This document shows positions 40,825 through 52,474 of a DNA stretch of 64,000 nucleotides, in pieces (position 1 is the stretch's first letter; every line of letters starts with the position of its first letter). Where the stretch lies: positions 96,660,001 to 96,724,000 of the forward strand of contig NC_087472.1 of the NCBI RefSeq assembly GCF_036321535.1. The letters run 5' to 3'. A model generated the notes under the pieces. That model had not been told where the DNA came from. It was given only the letters and a program-made list of their open reading frames with translations, and did no database searches. Made by a program: the position numbers and the translations under genes. Source of the stretch: Camelus dromedarius. Lineage: Eukaryota.

Positions 40825-42205
40825 TTGCTTATGAATGACCAATTGATCAAGCATCATTTGTTGAAAAGATTATTCTTTTTCCATTGAATTGCTTTTGCAT
40901 GTTTGTAAAAAAAATTAATTTGGTGCATTTCTGGGTTCTATTTTGTTCTATTGATCTATGTGTCTATTCCTCCACCAGTATCACACTATCTTGATTACTA
41001 TAGCTATATAGTATGTTAACATCAGGTAGAGTGATTCTTCCCACTTTATTCCTCTTTATCAAAATGTTTTAGCTATTCTAGTTCCTTTGTCTTTCCATGT
41101 AACTTTTATTTTTTTATTTATTCTTTTTTAAAATTAAAAATTTTTGTTGTTTTGTTTTGTTTTTAAATTTCCAAATTCCATTTAGAATAAACTTGTCCAT
41201 ATCTACAAAAAAGTCTTGCTGGAATTTTGATAGGAATGGTGGTAAACCTGCATATCAATTTAGAGTTAATTAACATCTCTACTATATTGTAACATCTCTA
41301 CTATATTGTCTGCCAATTCATGAACACAGTATGTCTCTCTATTTATTTAAATCTTTGATTTCTTTCTTCAATGTTTAAAATTTTTCAGCATACATATCCT
41401 TTACATGTTTTTCCTAGATGGGGTTTTTTTTTTGGCAGTCATTTTAAATGGCATTGTTTTTCAGTTTTCACATGTTTATTGCTAGTATATAGGAATAGAC
41501 TGATTTGTGTGTATTTATCTTGTACTCTGCAGCCTTGTTGAACTCATTAGTTCTATGAGTTTTTTTGTGGATTCTTTGGGATTTCCTATGTAGACAATCA
41601 CGTCATCTGCAAATAGAAATAGCGTACATTCTTTCTTTCTGATCTGTATGCATCTTATTTCCTAAGTGCTATGTTGAATAAAAGTGATGAGAGTGGACCT
41701 CCTTGCCTTGTTCCTGATCGAGGGAGAAAGCAGTCAGTCTTTTACCATTAAGTATGATGTTAGCTATATGGTTTTTTTTTTCAGTGCTCTTTATCAAGGT
41801 AAGGAAGTTCCCCTACGTTCCTAATTTGCTGAGTGTTTATTATGAATGGGTGTTTAATTTTGTTAAATGCTTTTTCTGCATCAATTATGTTATCATGTGA
41901 TTATTCTACCTTAGCCTGTTGATACAATGGATTACAGTGATTGACTTTTGAATATTTTACCTTTATATCCTGGAATAAACCCCACTTGGTCGTGGTGTGT
42001 ATACTTCTTTTTATATATTGTAGGATTTGATTTGCTAAAATTTTTTGAGGATTTTTATGTCTAAGTTCGTGAGTGATATCATTCTGTTGTTTTCTTTTTT
42101 GCACTGCTTTTGTCTGGTTTGGGTATTATATTGCCCTCAAAATGAGTTGGGAAGCATTCCTTCCTCTTCAATTTTCTGCAATAGTTCCTGTAGAATTGGT
42201 GCTAA
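40825..42205 (-). mobile_element. L1M ORF2 fragment
   Basis: Antisense L1 ORF2 (minus-strand peptide KILANQILQYIKR); T-rich. Confidence 0.85.
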
Positions 42206-42539
42206 AACTTATAGAATTTTAAAGCTGGAAGGCACCTTTGAAATCACTGAGTACTGACTGGGATCTTGATTTGACCATAGGGACACCAGAGACCCCATTT
42301 TTTTCTCTCTAGGTAGCCAGATTCAATTGTAGATTTCTATATCTTGGCAGATTAGCAAAGGAATTAAAACGACTATTCTTGACACAGAATTAAAAGAAGA
42401 CAGTATGTTCAGAAGGCACTAAAAAGTCATTTACTAACAAAGCTGATATTTGTTCTCTTCAGTGCACTATAAAACCAGGAAATGATGAATGAATTCAAAC
42501 GTTGAAGAAATAATGAACCAAAGCAGTAAAGGCTGGTGA

Positions 42540-42900
42540 GTCTTAGGTTGTTTTTCACCAGAAACTGACTCTGAAGCAAGGATTCCAGTGCAAGTAGTTT
42601 ATGTAGAAGGTACAAAAACAAACAAATACCTCAGTAGGTGAATGAGGAAGTTACTGGGGAAGTAAGACAAGGAAGGTAGGGCAGCCAACAGAGTGAATTA
42701 TTAAGTCCACTGCCACTGTGGGTGACTGAAACTTAATCATGTCAGGGAAATTCTGAGAACCAGTGTAAGGCACACACATGCCTCAGTTACTCCACCAAAG
42801 ACAGAAGGAGCTGGGATATTTATATATCAAGTTCTTTCAGGCACTGAGTTAGAGTCACGTTTGAGGGGCATTAATTCCCTGGCACTTCTGGTCTGTTATG
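42540..42900 (-). mobile_element. ERVL solo LTR (LTR16-like)
   Basis: GTCTTAGGTTG...GACTCTGAAGCAAGGATTCCAGTGCAAGTAGTTTAT. Confidence 0.65.
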
Positions 42901-43006
42901 TAAAAACCAACAGCAGAATGCCCTAAACAAAGGTCTGCTTACAAAACAAAAACAAAAAAATCCACAAAAAAAACCTCCAAAACCAAAACAAAAGCAATAG
43001 TTTTAC

Positions 43007-43120
43007 CTGTGGGTCCCAAAATTACTATTGTGGGTTTTGCATTCCTCTCTTAATCCATTCTTCTCTTCTTTTTGTGGTTCTTCATTTGTCTATACTGACA
43101 TTTTACAAAATTACATTTTC
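43007..43120 (-). pseudogene. Decayed linker pseudo-exon (114 nt)
   Basis: CCTAG|GAAAATG ... CACAG|GTAAAA; length divisible by 3; several stops. Confidence 0.4.
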
Positions 43121-43357
43121 CTAGGTTTAAATTTAAAAAATTGTTTACCACTCGTACATTGTGGTGGTCTTCCTAATGATGCTATTAAATATGAATACAG
43201 AATTTTATGAATAAGAAAAAAAAGGTGGTCAGGGGTTGGTAAGTTGGAAGTTAGGCTGTGTGCATGAAGCGGTAAAGGCCAGGGGATACATGCTGCACAT
43301 CTACAGCACCTGCCATAGCTGGGGAGGGGAATCACATTTTGAAGACAGTGAAATCAC

Positions 43358-43516
43358 CTTCCATAGAAAGATTTGTGTGATTTTAGAGGGAAAATATGAA
43401 TATCATGATTTAATTTATTCCAAAATTACTCAAACTATAGAAATATATTCCTGGGAGTGATGCTGTAAAACTTGTCAAAAATAATATTCCTTTGATGCTG
43501 TGCCTTCAAAAATAAT
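43358..43516 (-). pseudogene. Decayed SH3-like pseudo-exon (159 nt)
   Basis: CTTTTTGCCTTCATAG| ... GGAAG|GTGATT; IIFEGTASKEY / SITPRNIFL / YFPSKITQI. Confidence 0.45.
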
Positions 43517-43592
43517 CTATGAAGGCAAAAAGGGACTGACAATGCATAGTCTTTGCATAGAGCATTTTTATTCACTTTAAATTAATGCAAAC

Positions 43593-44980
43593 CTGAATAT
43601 TATCATCTTATGCTATTTAGCATGTTAAAAGAATTACATCAACTTATTTGTGCTAAATGAAAAAGTACTCTGAATGAGAAAAAAAAAGTAATGGATTGCA
43701 TGCTGAGAATAACCTATGGATTAATATTTAAAGTTTCTCAAGAGATGATGTCATAATAAAACTTCCTGGGACAGAGAGTATAATGGCATTAGTCATAGAT
43801 TTCCAGAAATGCTGATCCAACATCTTTTAACACTGGAGGATTTTTATTTATAGAAATCTGTAACAATTATTGATCCAAAGTAAGCTCAGGTTGTGTTTGA
43901 TTCTTTCTTAATATTCCATGATGGAATGGTATAATGTTTGCTATTTATTTTTTTAGTCTGGTCCATAACCATCATATCTTGATTTTTTTCACTTTTCGAA
44001 GTTTCTCATATCTTTGCAAGTGTTGGAGAATATAATTTGACAGGTTAATTTTAATACCAAAGATTGTCACAATTTAATATTACCAGGGAGAAATGAATAT
44101 TCACTCTTCCAAAAATACAGAAGGAAATGACTTACTTGTGGAGAACTTTAAAAAATGATACACATGAATATTTTAAACTTAATGTCATTTGTATGAATCA
44201 TAGCTGAATATAATACTGTAAATTTATAGAGTTGGGTTGAAATTTCTTGGTATTTGGGCAATCTTCATTCTTTCTTATCGTTCTGGTCCACAGATTTGAG
44301 CATCTGACCTTACTTCCAAGCAAAGATTGAATAGTAGAGGTGAAGTAATTTCTTGTTACTAAAACTTCATTAATTTCATAAGCATAATATATATATACAA
44401 AACGTTCACTATCAAAACAAGCCACAAACTTATTTTAAATTAAGCCACACTTAAAATAATTTAGCCAAGTACTGTTTATGAACAGGAAGACCTGATGTCT
44501 TATTTAAAGCAAATCAACATTTCTTCAAGTTGTCAGTATTATTTTAGAAATAATTAGCATTAGTTAAGGAGACTGTATTATTGGTTTATCATAGGAAAAA
44601 GTTACAGAGAGCATCAACTTATAGAGTCTTATTATTCTGTGTCCTTTTTTAAACTTAAGGTTCTGATAACTTAGAACTATGTAATCAAATTTCCTCTTCT
44701 TTTAAAAAATCCTTTATTGCTGAGTTCCTACAAACTGTTCCTATAAAAGTTGCAGTCACCGTCAGTGGTGCCTGGTAAATGTACTAGCCTTGAACAACAG
44801 ACAGAGGTTTCTATACAAGTGGTTATGCAGTTAATAATTTCTTCAGGAAGGCATTGCTGCACTACTTCTATGCTATTATCAGGAGTCCCTTTGTCAGTTA
44901 ATATATGTTTCACATATAAGGCCTAACACTTGAAGATGCCTCCTAAGTTGGCGACCAAGCTAATGTTACAGAGTAAACTA
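43593..44980 (-). pseudogene. Decayed RUN domain (N-terminal copy) split over ~4 pseudo-exons
   Basis: ~44913-44760 VKHILTDKG...EEIINCITTCIETSV; ~44360-44136 SLLGSKVRCSNLW...CPNTKKF / HTNDIKFKIFMC with donor CAA|GTAAGT; 43832-43738 KMLDQHF...VPGSFIM; 43669-43593 VLFHLAQIS*CNSFNML. Confidence 0.6.
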
Positions 44981-45719
44981 TAACAATTTGTCCCTCAAAA
45001 AGATTCTGTCAGTTGTCTGAAAATATTGAAAGTATTTAAAAATTACTTCATATTTTTTATAGCATCTCATTCAGGCATGTAATAAATGTTCAATATATAT
45101 TCGCTGAATTAGTATTTTTGCTGTTGTCATTGTTGTTAATAATAAAGAATGAGCCTTTAGATACATCTACCAATTTACAAGAAATACAGGGGGCAAAAGA
45201 ACATGTTAAGCTACCCCATGGGAATTTAATCAACAAAATCCAGATCATGGGAGATGCTACAGATAAACGATTTAGTTTTGTCAACAAATTGTAAGAGGGG
45301 GAAAGAGAGGTGGATGGGGAACCTACAGGTTAAAAAGAGGTAAAAGATGTATAAAAATAGTAGGTGAAATTAAATCATAGTGTTTATGGATGCACACTTA
45401 GGTGAGGAAACTATAAAATAATGAAGTGATTACCACAATAGTCAGAAGGATAGTTACTCTTAGGAGAGGAGGAGCAGGTGGAGCACTTCTGGGGTGGTCA
45501 GCCATCGTTCTTTTTCTGACATGGATGGTAATTACAAAGGTGTCCCGGCTTCCAATAATTCATTAAATTGTATATTAGTTTTCTATAGTTTTCTATAGGT
45601 GTGTTATATTTAACAACAAAAAAGTTTAAGAAATAAACAAGAAATACATATATTTTCAAGTTAGTTACCAACATGACACCACAACAGATGTCCTCAACAC
45701 CTCAACAGATGTTGAGAAG

Positions 45720-45995
45720 AGATGTCCTGTAGCTCACCATTATATAGTATAGACAGATACAATAGATATAAATAACAGCAAGGTCACAGAGCATAGTAAA
45801 ATGTAGTAAAATAATTAGGAAGTGATGAGTTTTGAGTAACTAACTGTGCTTTTAATATAACAGTTTACTCACTTGTATGTTTATACAACTTAATTTTTAA
45901 TAATGGCTATATTTAACAACTGGCTCACGAAATTCCTGGAAATGTAACAACCAGCTTGAGCAAAGCTAAGTATGAGCTGCTCTGGCACACTCCTG
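45720..45995. mobile_element. MER63-like hAT element
   Basis: TTTAACAACTGGCTCACGAAATTCCTGG...GCTCTGGCACACTCCTG end. Confidence 0.6.
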
Positions 45996-46191
45996 TCTGC
46001 ATCCCAACAATTCTGCTTTCTCGTATTTTTAAAAGAAATTTAGTTTTTAAAATGAAATGCATACTTGCACAATGTTTTAAAAGTCAAATAGCTCTGCAAT
46101 GATTGTTGAAAAATCCACTGGACTCTGCTCCTCTTCACCCCATTTTATGATTCTTAGAGGTAACCATTTCAATTATTTTAAGTGATTCTTT

Positions 46192-46375
46192 CTTATAAAG
46201 ACACCAGTCCTATTGGATTAGGGGCCCACCCTACTCTAGTATGACCTCATCTTAAGTAATTACATCTACAACAACTTTATTTCCAAATAAGGTCACATTC
46301 TGAAGTACTGGGGGTTAGGACTTCAACATACATTTTCTGGGGAAGAGGACAGGACACAATTCAACTCATAACAGT
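46192..46375 (-). mobile_element. MaLR LTR fragment (MLT1A-C-like)
   Basis: GGATTAGGGGCCCACCCTACTCTAGTATGACCTCATC...CCAAATAAGGTCACATTCTGA. Confidence 0.8.
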
Positions 46376-47139
46376 GGGAAAGGGATTTTGTGTTTTAATT
46401 GCTTCTTAAACAGATTTTCAGACAATTTCTTCTCCTTCACTTCACCCCTTACTTTCAAAAATAGCCTGTTTGCTGCTGCCAATTCCTGAGCCTTCGGGGT
46501 GGGGGTGGGGTGTCTCATGGTGTAAACTGCTTGGCTTCTTAGCTTTCCTTAGCCAGTTTAAGACACAGTTTTCTCAGATATGCTAAGTCAACTACCACTC
46601 ATAAGTTTTCCAACTGACAAAATTTTGCCACTGTTTTCTCTGATCTTCTCTGATCTCTCTGTATCATTGAAGGTTTATGCCTTTAAGAAAAGTCTCTTTA
46701 CCATTGTTTTAGTGGGTTTGAGGGGGTAACAGAGACTAAAATAGATACTCAAGCCAGCATTTTCATTCTCTCCTTCTTAAATAATGTCTTCTTTCTTAAT
46801 TCTCTTGCATCTCAAACCACAACAAAACTTTTTAGAGAAAGAGTTTCTCTAATCTCTATATATGTGAATAATGGAGGGATAGAGAGAGACATGGGGTAGG
46901 GAGAGACAGAATCAGATTTGGTTGATTTAAATCCACACTCTATGATACTACTCTGCCTCCATGGAGTGAATAAACAAACATCGATATAGTACTCACCACT
47001 CAAAAAGTGAATGGCTGGAAAGCAATCTGACAATGCATATGAAAAACAATGCATATGTTTAACATCTCTGATGCATAAGTAGTACAACTCTCAACATTTT
47101 ATCCTAAGGATATAATTTAACAGAATGAAGTGACACTGT

Positions 47140-49620
47140 GAACTTTCACTTATGGTGAATGGTAGACTAAATATTCTGAAAAACCATCCCACTACAAAAA
47201 CCTACAAACCCTAGATAAAATACAAAAAACCAAAAAAACCTTTTAAAAGGTATAGTTGAGCTTGTAAGAAGGAAAATCCTCAGGAGTGAAAAATAAAGAG
47301 GGAGCTATAAGCTAGCATGGGATGTGACTGATGACCCTGAGTACATGTATCACTCCCAGGAACCTAAAGTCTCAGGTCTTCATAACCTCATGTATGTGGG
47401 AGACAAGATCTTGGGCTCAGATAAGGTTGGAATTGAGACCTCCACATAAAACCAGACTCTCAACAGACAGTAAGGTAAGACAAAATGTAGATAAAAGAGA
47501 AGGAATGCGGGAGACTCAATCTTCTTCAGTATAACTAAAGAGCACATAGTATATTAAAGTTTCGAGACAGAAAAGAGATAGCATCTAAAAGGAACAACAA
47601 TTAGACAGGCAGTAACAGTGGAACAACTTCAGATTGCTGAGAGAAAACCAAACTACTGTCAATGTAGAATATGACATCTACTGAAATTATGTGTTTAAGA
47701 ATAAGGGTAAAATGAGGACATTTTCAGAAAACCAAAAACTGAGCTATCACCAAAAGATGTTCATTAAAGAAGTTTTCAAGCGTATTCATCAGGATAAAAA
47801 AAAATAATCCCAGAAAAAAAAGTCTGAGATTTATAAAAACAACGATAATGTCTAATTTGGAGGTTAAAAACAAGATGGTGCTAAAAAAAATTGGATAACA
47901 ATAACTTTAAAGACAACAGGATGATGATTAGCATTCTAACGCCCTTGGATAGTTTGGGAAGGGAGGTGGGGCTATTGATTTAGATTTTACGGACACATTG
48001 CTAAACTTTAAGAGTAATTACTAAGAATAAAAATAGAGTTATAACTCTCAAAATAATAGAGGGGGAAATGTATAATCAAAAGAACAATCTGAAAGAAAAA
48101 AAGACAGGAGGGGAAGACAAAAAATCAAGACAGATAGCACAAAATAAAATGGTAAAGATAATTCCACATATCAACAATTAATTAAAATCACAATAAAGTG
48201 TAAAGTTTCCAAACTCACCAGTTAAAAGAAAGATATCCTCAGACTGGATTAAAACAAAACAAAACAATCCAGATACTTGCTGTTATCCTAGAGAAAACCT
48301 AAAACACAAAGAAGACATGGTATATCAGAATAATTAATGTTAGCTGCTATAACAAACCATCCCTATGATCTCTGAGGCTTAACACAACAATCAGGTTTAT
48401 TTCTTGCTCACATCAGAGTTCATCAGGTCAGAGTGCTGCTTTGGCTGTTGTTCCTTCAATCAGTGACATAGGAATCTGGGGTCTTTCAATCTTAGTTCTA
48501 CCATTTTGGAGTTTTTTTGCCTCAAGCCACGTGAGCAGGGGAAAGAGTGCATTGAAAACCACGTATGACATTTTAGGGGCCAAGCACAGAAGGGCTATAC
48601 ATCACTTCCACAACTGTAACTGTAAAAAGAGCTTGGAAATGCAGTCTTGTGTTGCCAGGAAGAGGAAATGGAATTAGTGAGCATCTAGCCAGTCTCTGAC
48701 ACACACAAATGTTGAAAATAAGAAAAGATGGAAAAAGGTATGCCAGGCAGACACTAACCAGAAGAAAGCTAGAGTAGCTGTGTTCATAATGGACAAAACG
48801 GTCTTCAAAAAAAAATATATTGTTAGGAATAAAGATAGTAGCCATATAACGATAACAGATTCAATTCGCCAGTAAGAGATGCAGTTTCTAAAATAAGGTG
48901 CCTAATGATACCTTCAAATAACATAAAGCGAATATTGACAATTACAAGGAGAAACCAACAAGTCCACTACCATTGTAGGATGTAACATATATCTTTCTCA
49001 GGAATTGATGTCGCACAGACTAAAAATGAGTAGCATAGTATAGGAAATAATAATACAATTAACAAGTTTGATCGAAAGGACATGTATCTAACTACAGGGA
49101 ATGCACATTTTTCTGAAGAGTACAAGAAAGATTCATGAAAACTGACCATATACTTAGCTATAAAGCCAGTCTCAACAAGTTTCCCAGAATCAATATCATA
49201 CAAATCATGTTCTCTGATTACAGTACAATTAGGTTAAAATAAATACCAGAAAGATAACCAAAATAAAGAAGACCGTGTATGATGATGTTCACTCTAGCAT
49301 TAATTACCTATAATAGTGAAAAATTCAAATCACCGAAATATCCAATGATATGGGTATGGTCAAGTAAATTATGCCTTATCAACCCAATGGGGTATCATGT
49401 GGACATTAAAAATTACTTGTTTAAAAAAAGACTATGTTTAAAATATAATATTAAGAGAAAATTTAAAATCTATATGTTACTTATGATTACAACCATGGGA
49501 AAATATTTGTGCATTTAGACAAAATAAGTGTGCAAATTAGAAAGGTATGAACAATTGAAAACAGTTGTTATAGTGGTGAGATTATATGTAATTCTACTTT
49601 TAAAAGGATTTTCTGTGATG
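47140..49620 (+). mobile_element. Old L1M fragments with a nested MaLR LTR (~48320-48700)
   Basis: A-rich L1 ORF1/ORF2-like sequence interrupted by TTAGCTGCTATAACAAAC...GGCTTAACACAACAA (MLT1-like). Confidence 0.65.
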
Positions 49621-50498
49621 TGGTTACATTGTTTAATGTGAGTTAAAAGAATCAATAGAAGACAGGCTCTCTGTCTGGCAGCTGATGCTAGTTATGCCTT
49701 AATATCCATTACCCCTTTCTTTTCTAACAATAGAATTTTAGTTGGGTACATAACTGCCCAAAACAAGAGTACATTTCCCTGCCTCCCTTCTAGCTAAGCA
49801 TTATGATGGGACAAAGTCATAGCCAGTGAAATATGAGAAGTGGGTGCCCTTAAACGTAAAGAGTCTGTCCTCCTTTGACCTTTTCCTTCATCTTGTTACC
49901 TGAAATCTTCCTTTAGCTTTGTTATGGCCTGTTACATGGGGGTACTGAATCTGATATGCATTTGACTGGATGAGGGACTGCTTTCCAGTTTAATAAATGA
50001 GAATCTGTGTGACTCATGAGGACAAATATGTGTTTTCTATTCAACCGGTGCCAGTACAAGCTCTGAAAACAACAGGATTATCCATCCTATTTTTGGAAAT
50101 CAAATGAGGACATATTAATATTGAAGAGTACACATGTATGTTGAATATATTCCAGTGGGAAATATACATATTTACTCCAATATTCTTTATCATTTAAGAG
50201 AATGTTTTAGGAAAGGATGGAATCCATTTATAGGCTACTTTGCACAATTTAAATCAGGAATAAACCTCCACATTTTAAATGTTAAACAAAATCAAAAACT
50301 ATTTTTAAAATGCAATAAATAATGCACTTTGTTTAATTATCACAGCCTCAGGGAAGATTTGATATAATCTAATAGCCTGGATCACAAAAAATCAATAATT
50401 TGTACTATATCAGGAATGAGAATTTATCAATTCAAAAGGAAATTGATAAATATTACTCAAAACAGTCTTTATATTTAAAAAAATACAAAGCACAACAT

Positions 50499-50628
50499 TT
50501 TTTTGGTAGTGGGAGGTAATTAGGTTTATTTATTTATTTATTTTCAATGGAGGTACTAGGGATTGAACCCAGGATCTGGGTTAGCATGTGCTAAGCATGC
50601 GCTCTACCACTGAGCTGTACCCTCCCTC
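50499..50628 (-). mobile_element. Camelid-type tRNA-derived SINE (Vic-1-like)
   Basis: Minus strand GGGTACAGCTCAGTGGTAGAGCGCATGCTTAGC...GGTTCAATCCC; same tail as the other copies; TSD degenerate. Confidence 0.88.
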
Positions 50629-50995
50629 AACAAGGTGCAACACTGAAGCGGAGACAACATTCTGCCCCAGGTGCTCACAATGCTCAATAATGATTAGGTA
50701 TGCCATGTCATGCCTGCTGTAGCAACAAATTCATTATTATTTTTATTATAATTCAGAGTAGGTCAATCACAAGCTGTTCTATAAAAACAACATGCTACTA
50801 AAAAAAAGATACTGGAGGCTGACTCAAGAGCAGCCTTTTATTCTGTGAATTCTAATATTTATGCGAAGCATAGCCTGCTCAAATATTTTTTTAAATGAAG
50901 GAAAATTGAAATTGAATAAAAGGTACAGGGACTAAATACTCATCATCTTGAACAAAACCATATACAGCTAGACTGAGTGCATCTAGTTGAAATAA

Positions 50996-51001
50996 TTTAT
51001 T
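50996..51001 (-). terminator. Candidate CXorf58 polyadenylation signal
   Basis: AATAAA on the minus strand ~200 nt after the stop; an alternative lies at 50837-50842. Confidence 0.4.
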
Positions 51002-51198
51002 TAGGTTAAAATTCTGTCAGCAAGAAATATTTATACCTATGTTAATACAAAAGGGCTTAAAAATCTGCCACACTTTTGGTTAAGAGAGCATACCAAGGGC
51101 TTGTTTATATTTCGTTTTCCTTGAATGCACATACTCATCATTTATAGACAGACAAGCAGATTGTTGAATAACTTGATTTTCTGTCAATTAGCTGTGCA

Positions 51199-51375
51199 TT
51201 AACATGATGGAGAACTATTAATACACAAGTCTTGACACCAGGCAAATAATTCCTTTTCCTCTTTTTCCAATTCATCATTTGACACGAGTTCATTAACTTT
51301 CACAATGTCAAAAGAGGGGGTGGATAAAACGATTGTCTGTTTTTGCTTTGTACCTGATGTGTCCATTTGCAGCTC
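51199..51375 (-). CDS. CXorf58: CXorf58 orthologue, terminal coding exon
   Basis: Acceptor CTACCTAG|, phase 0; ELQMDTSGTKQKQTIVLSTPSFDIVKVNELVSNDELEKEEKELFAWCQDLCINSSPSC*. Confidence 0.8.
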   Translation of the reverse strand, partial: ELQMDTSGTKQKQTIVLSTPSFDIVKVNELVSNDELEKEEKELFAWCQDLCINSSPSC

Positions 51376-51919
51376 CTAGGTAGAATTATAAATAAAAGTG
51401 GAAAGTGTTTTATATTTTATTTTTCACTATTTTATGTTTTTATATTTGACTGTTTATACTTAGCCTCATCTCAAAATATTTTATAGCAGATTTTTAAAAA
51501 ATTACAAAGTAAAATATGAATACATGTTCATTGTAAATATTCCTGCAATGCAGTATACTGAAGCAGATTTTCCACTGCATATAGTTCTTAGTAAGTGTAG
51601 ATAGAAATGACTTCCATTTTGAGAAAAGCACCATTAGAGATGCGCTGAATCAACAATGTCAACATATAGAAATAGGGTTTTTTGCCAACTCATGCTGATG
51701 TGGAGCCAAAACGGCCGTTATTTACCAGAATAGCTACTCATATTGTTTAAGAATTTTTAAAATATGTGTTACCAAGAGGAACGTAGCTTTATACTATCCA
51801 GGGTATATACCAAATGTATGTATTTCATCCTTGAACTTGTAGATTAGGAAAATTCTACTTATGAAAGTAGAATTACTTACAGTTTGAATATTGTCCAAAA
51901 AAATACAAGTTAAACTTAC

Positions 51920-52082
51920 ACTTTCTGCAGAAACATTTTTCTCTTTAGCCATCTTATAAGCTTTTCTCATTTTTTCAACTTTCATTTGAGCTTGCTTGGA
52001 TCGACGACCCAGATGTTTAATTTGACTTTGCTGCTGGTAGCGTCGATATAAAGGTTGAAGACTTGAGAAGGATGAGGGGCAC
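51920..52082 (-). CDS. CXorf58: CXorf58 orthologue, penultimate coding exon
   Basis: TTTTCTAG|G (phase 2) ... AGT|GTAAGT; CPSSFSSLQPLYRRYQQQSQIKHLGRRSKQAQMKVEKMRKAYKMAKEKNVSAES. The LGRRSKQAQMKVEKMRK motif is recognised from CXorf58. Confidence 0.88.
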
Positions 52083-52474
52083 CTAGAAAATATTTGTAGT
52101 ATAGACAGAAAAATTCCATAAAATAATACAATTTAAATGTAAAGCAAGTTCCAAATTTTATTAAAGCATCCTCTAGCAAATACGTCATAAACCTCAGTGC
52201 TTAGAGCAATACTGCATGTAAGTTTTTAGGTCAAAGTTATCATTTCTGCCTATTATATAGCATGGTTCTTTATCTGCCACTTATGAAGGTGTATAGATAG
52301 ATGATGTTTATGATGATGATGATGAAAATTATAAGACATGGTATCAATTTAGAATCAGTTTTCTTAGAAAACACCATGTAGTAGCCATTTGAATCTTTAT
52401 ATATAATCGTATATTAACATCAAAAAGGATTACATTGCATAATGGCTGAAACAAGCTGTTTTTATGTGTTGGGA

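Larger units (their letters stand above)
19875..44980 (-). pseudogene. Putative decayed multi-exon gene (RUN - SH3-like - SH3-like - C2-like x3 - RUN)
   Basis: Colinear minus-strand pseudo-exons in the non-repeat islands, with AG/GT-type boundaries and domain-like peptides interrupted by stops and frameshifts. Domain calls by eye only. Confidence 0.55.

Noticed and set aside
41271..41308. 19-bp direct duplication (similar short duplications near 8170, 54750, 56310 and 60900)
   Set aside because: Ordinary slippage duplications; no repeat-spacer array, not CRISPR-like.
43670..43713. TAG|GTTATT as donor for the third RUN pseudo-exon
   Set aside because: It implies a 44-nt intron, too short for a mammal; a decayed donor at 43737 fits better.
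43890..43945. Minus-strand IIPFHHGILRKN, reminiscent of a DUF547 or DH motif
   Set aside because: Isolated short match inside a predicted intron of the RUN model; no supporting motifs.
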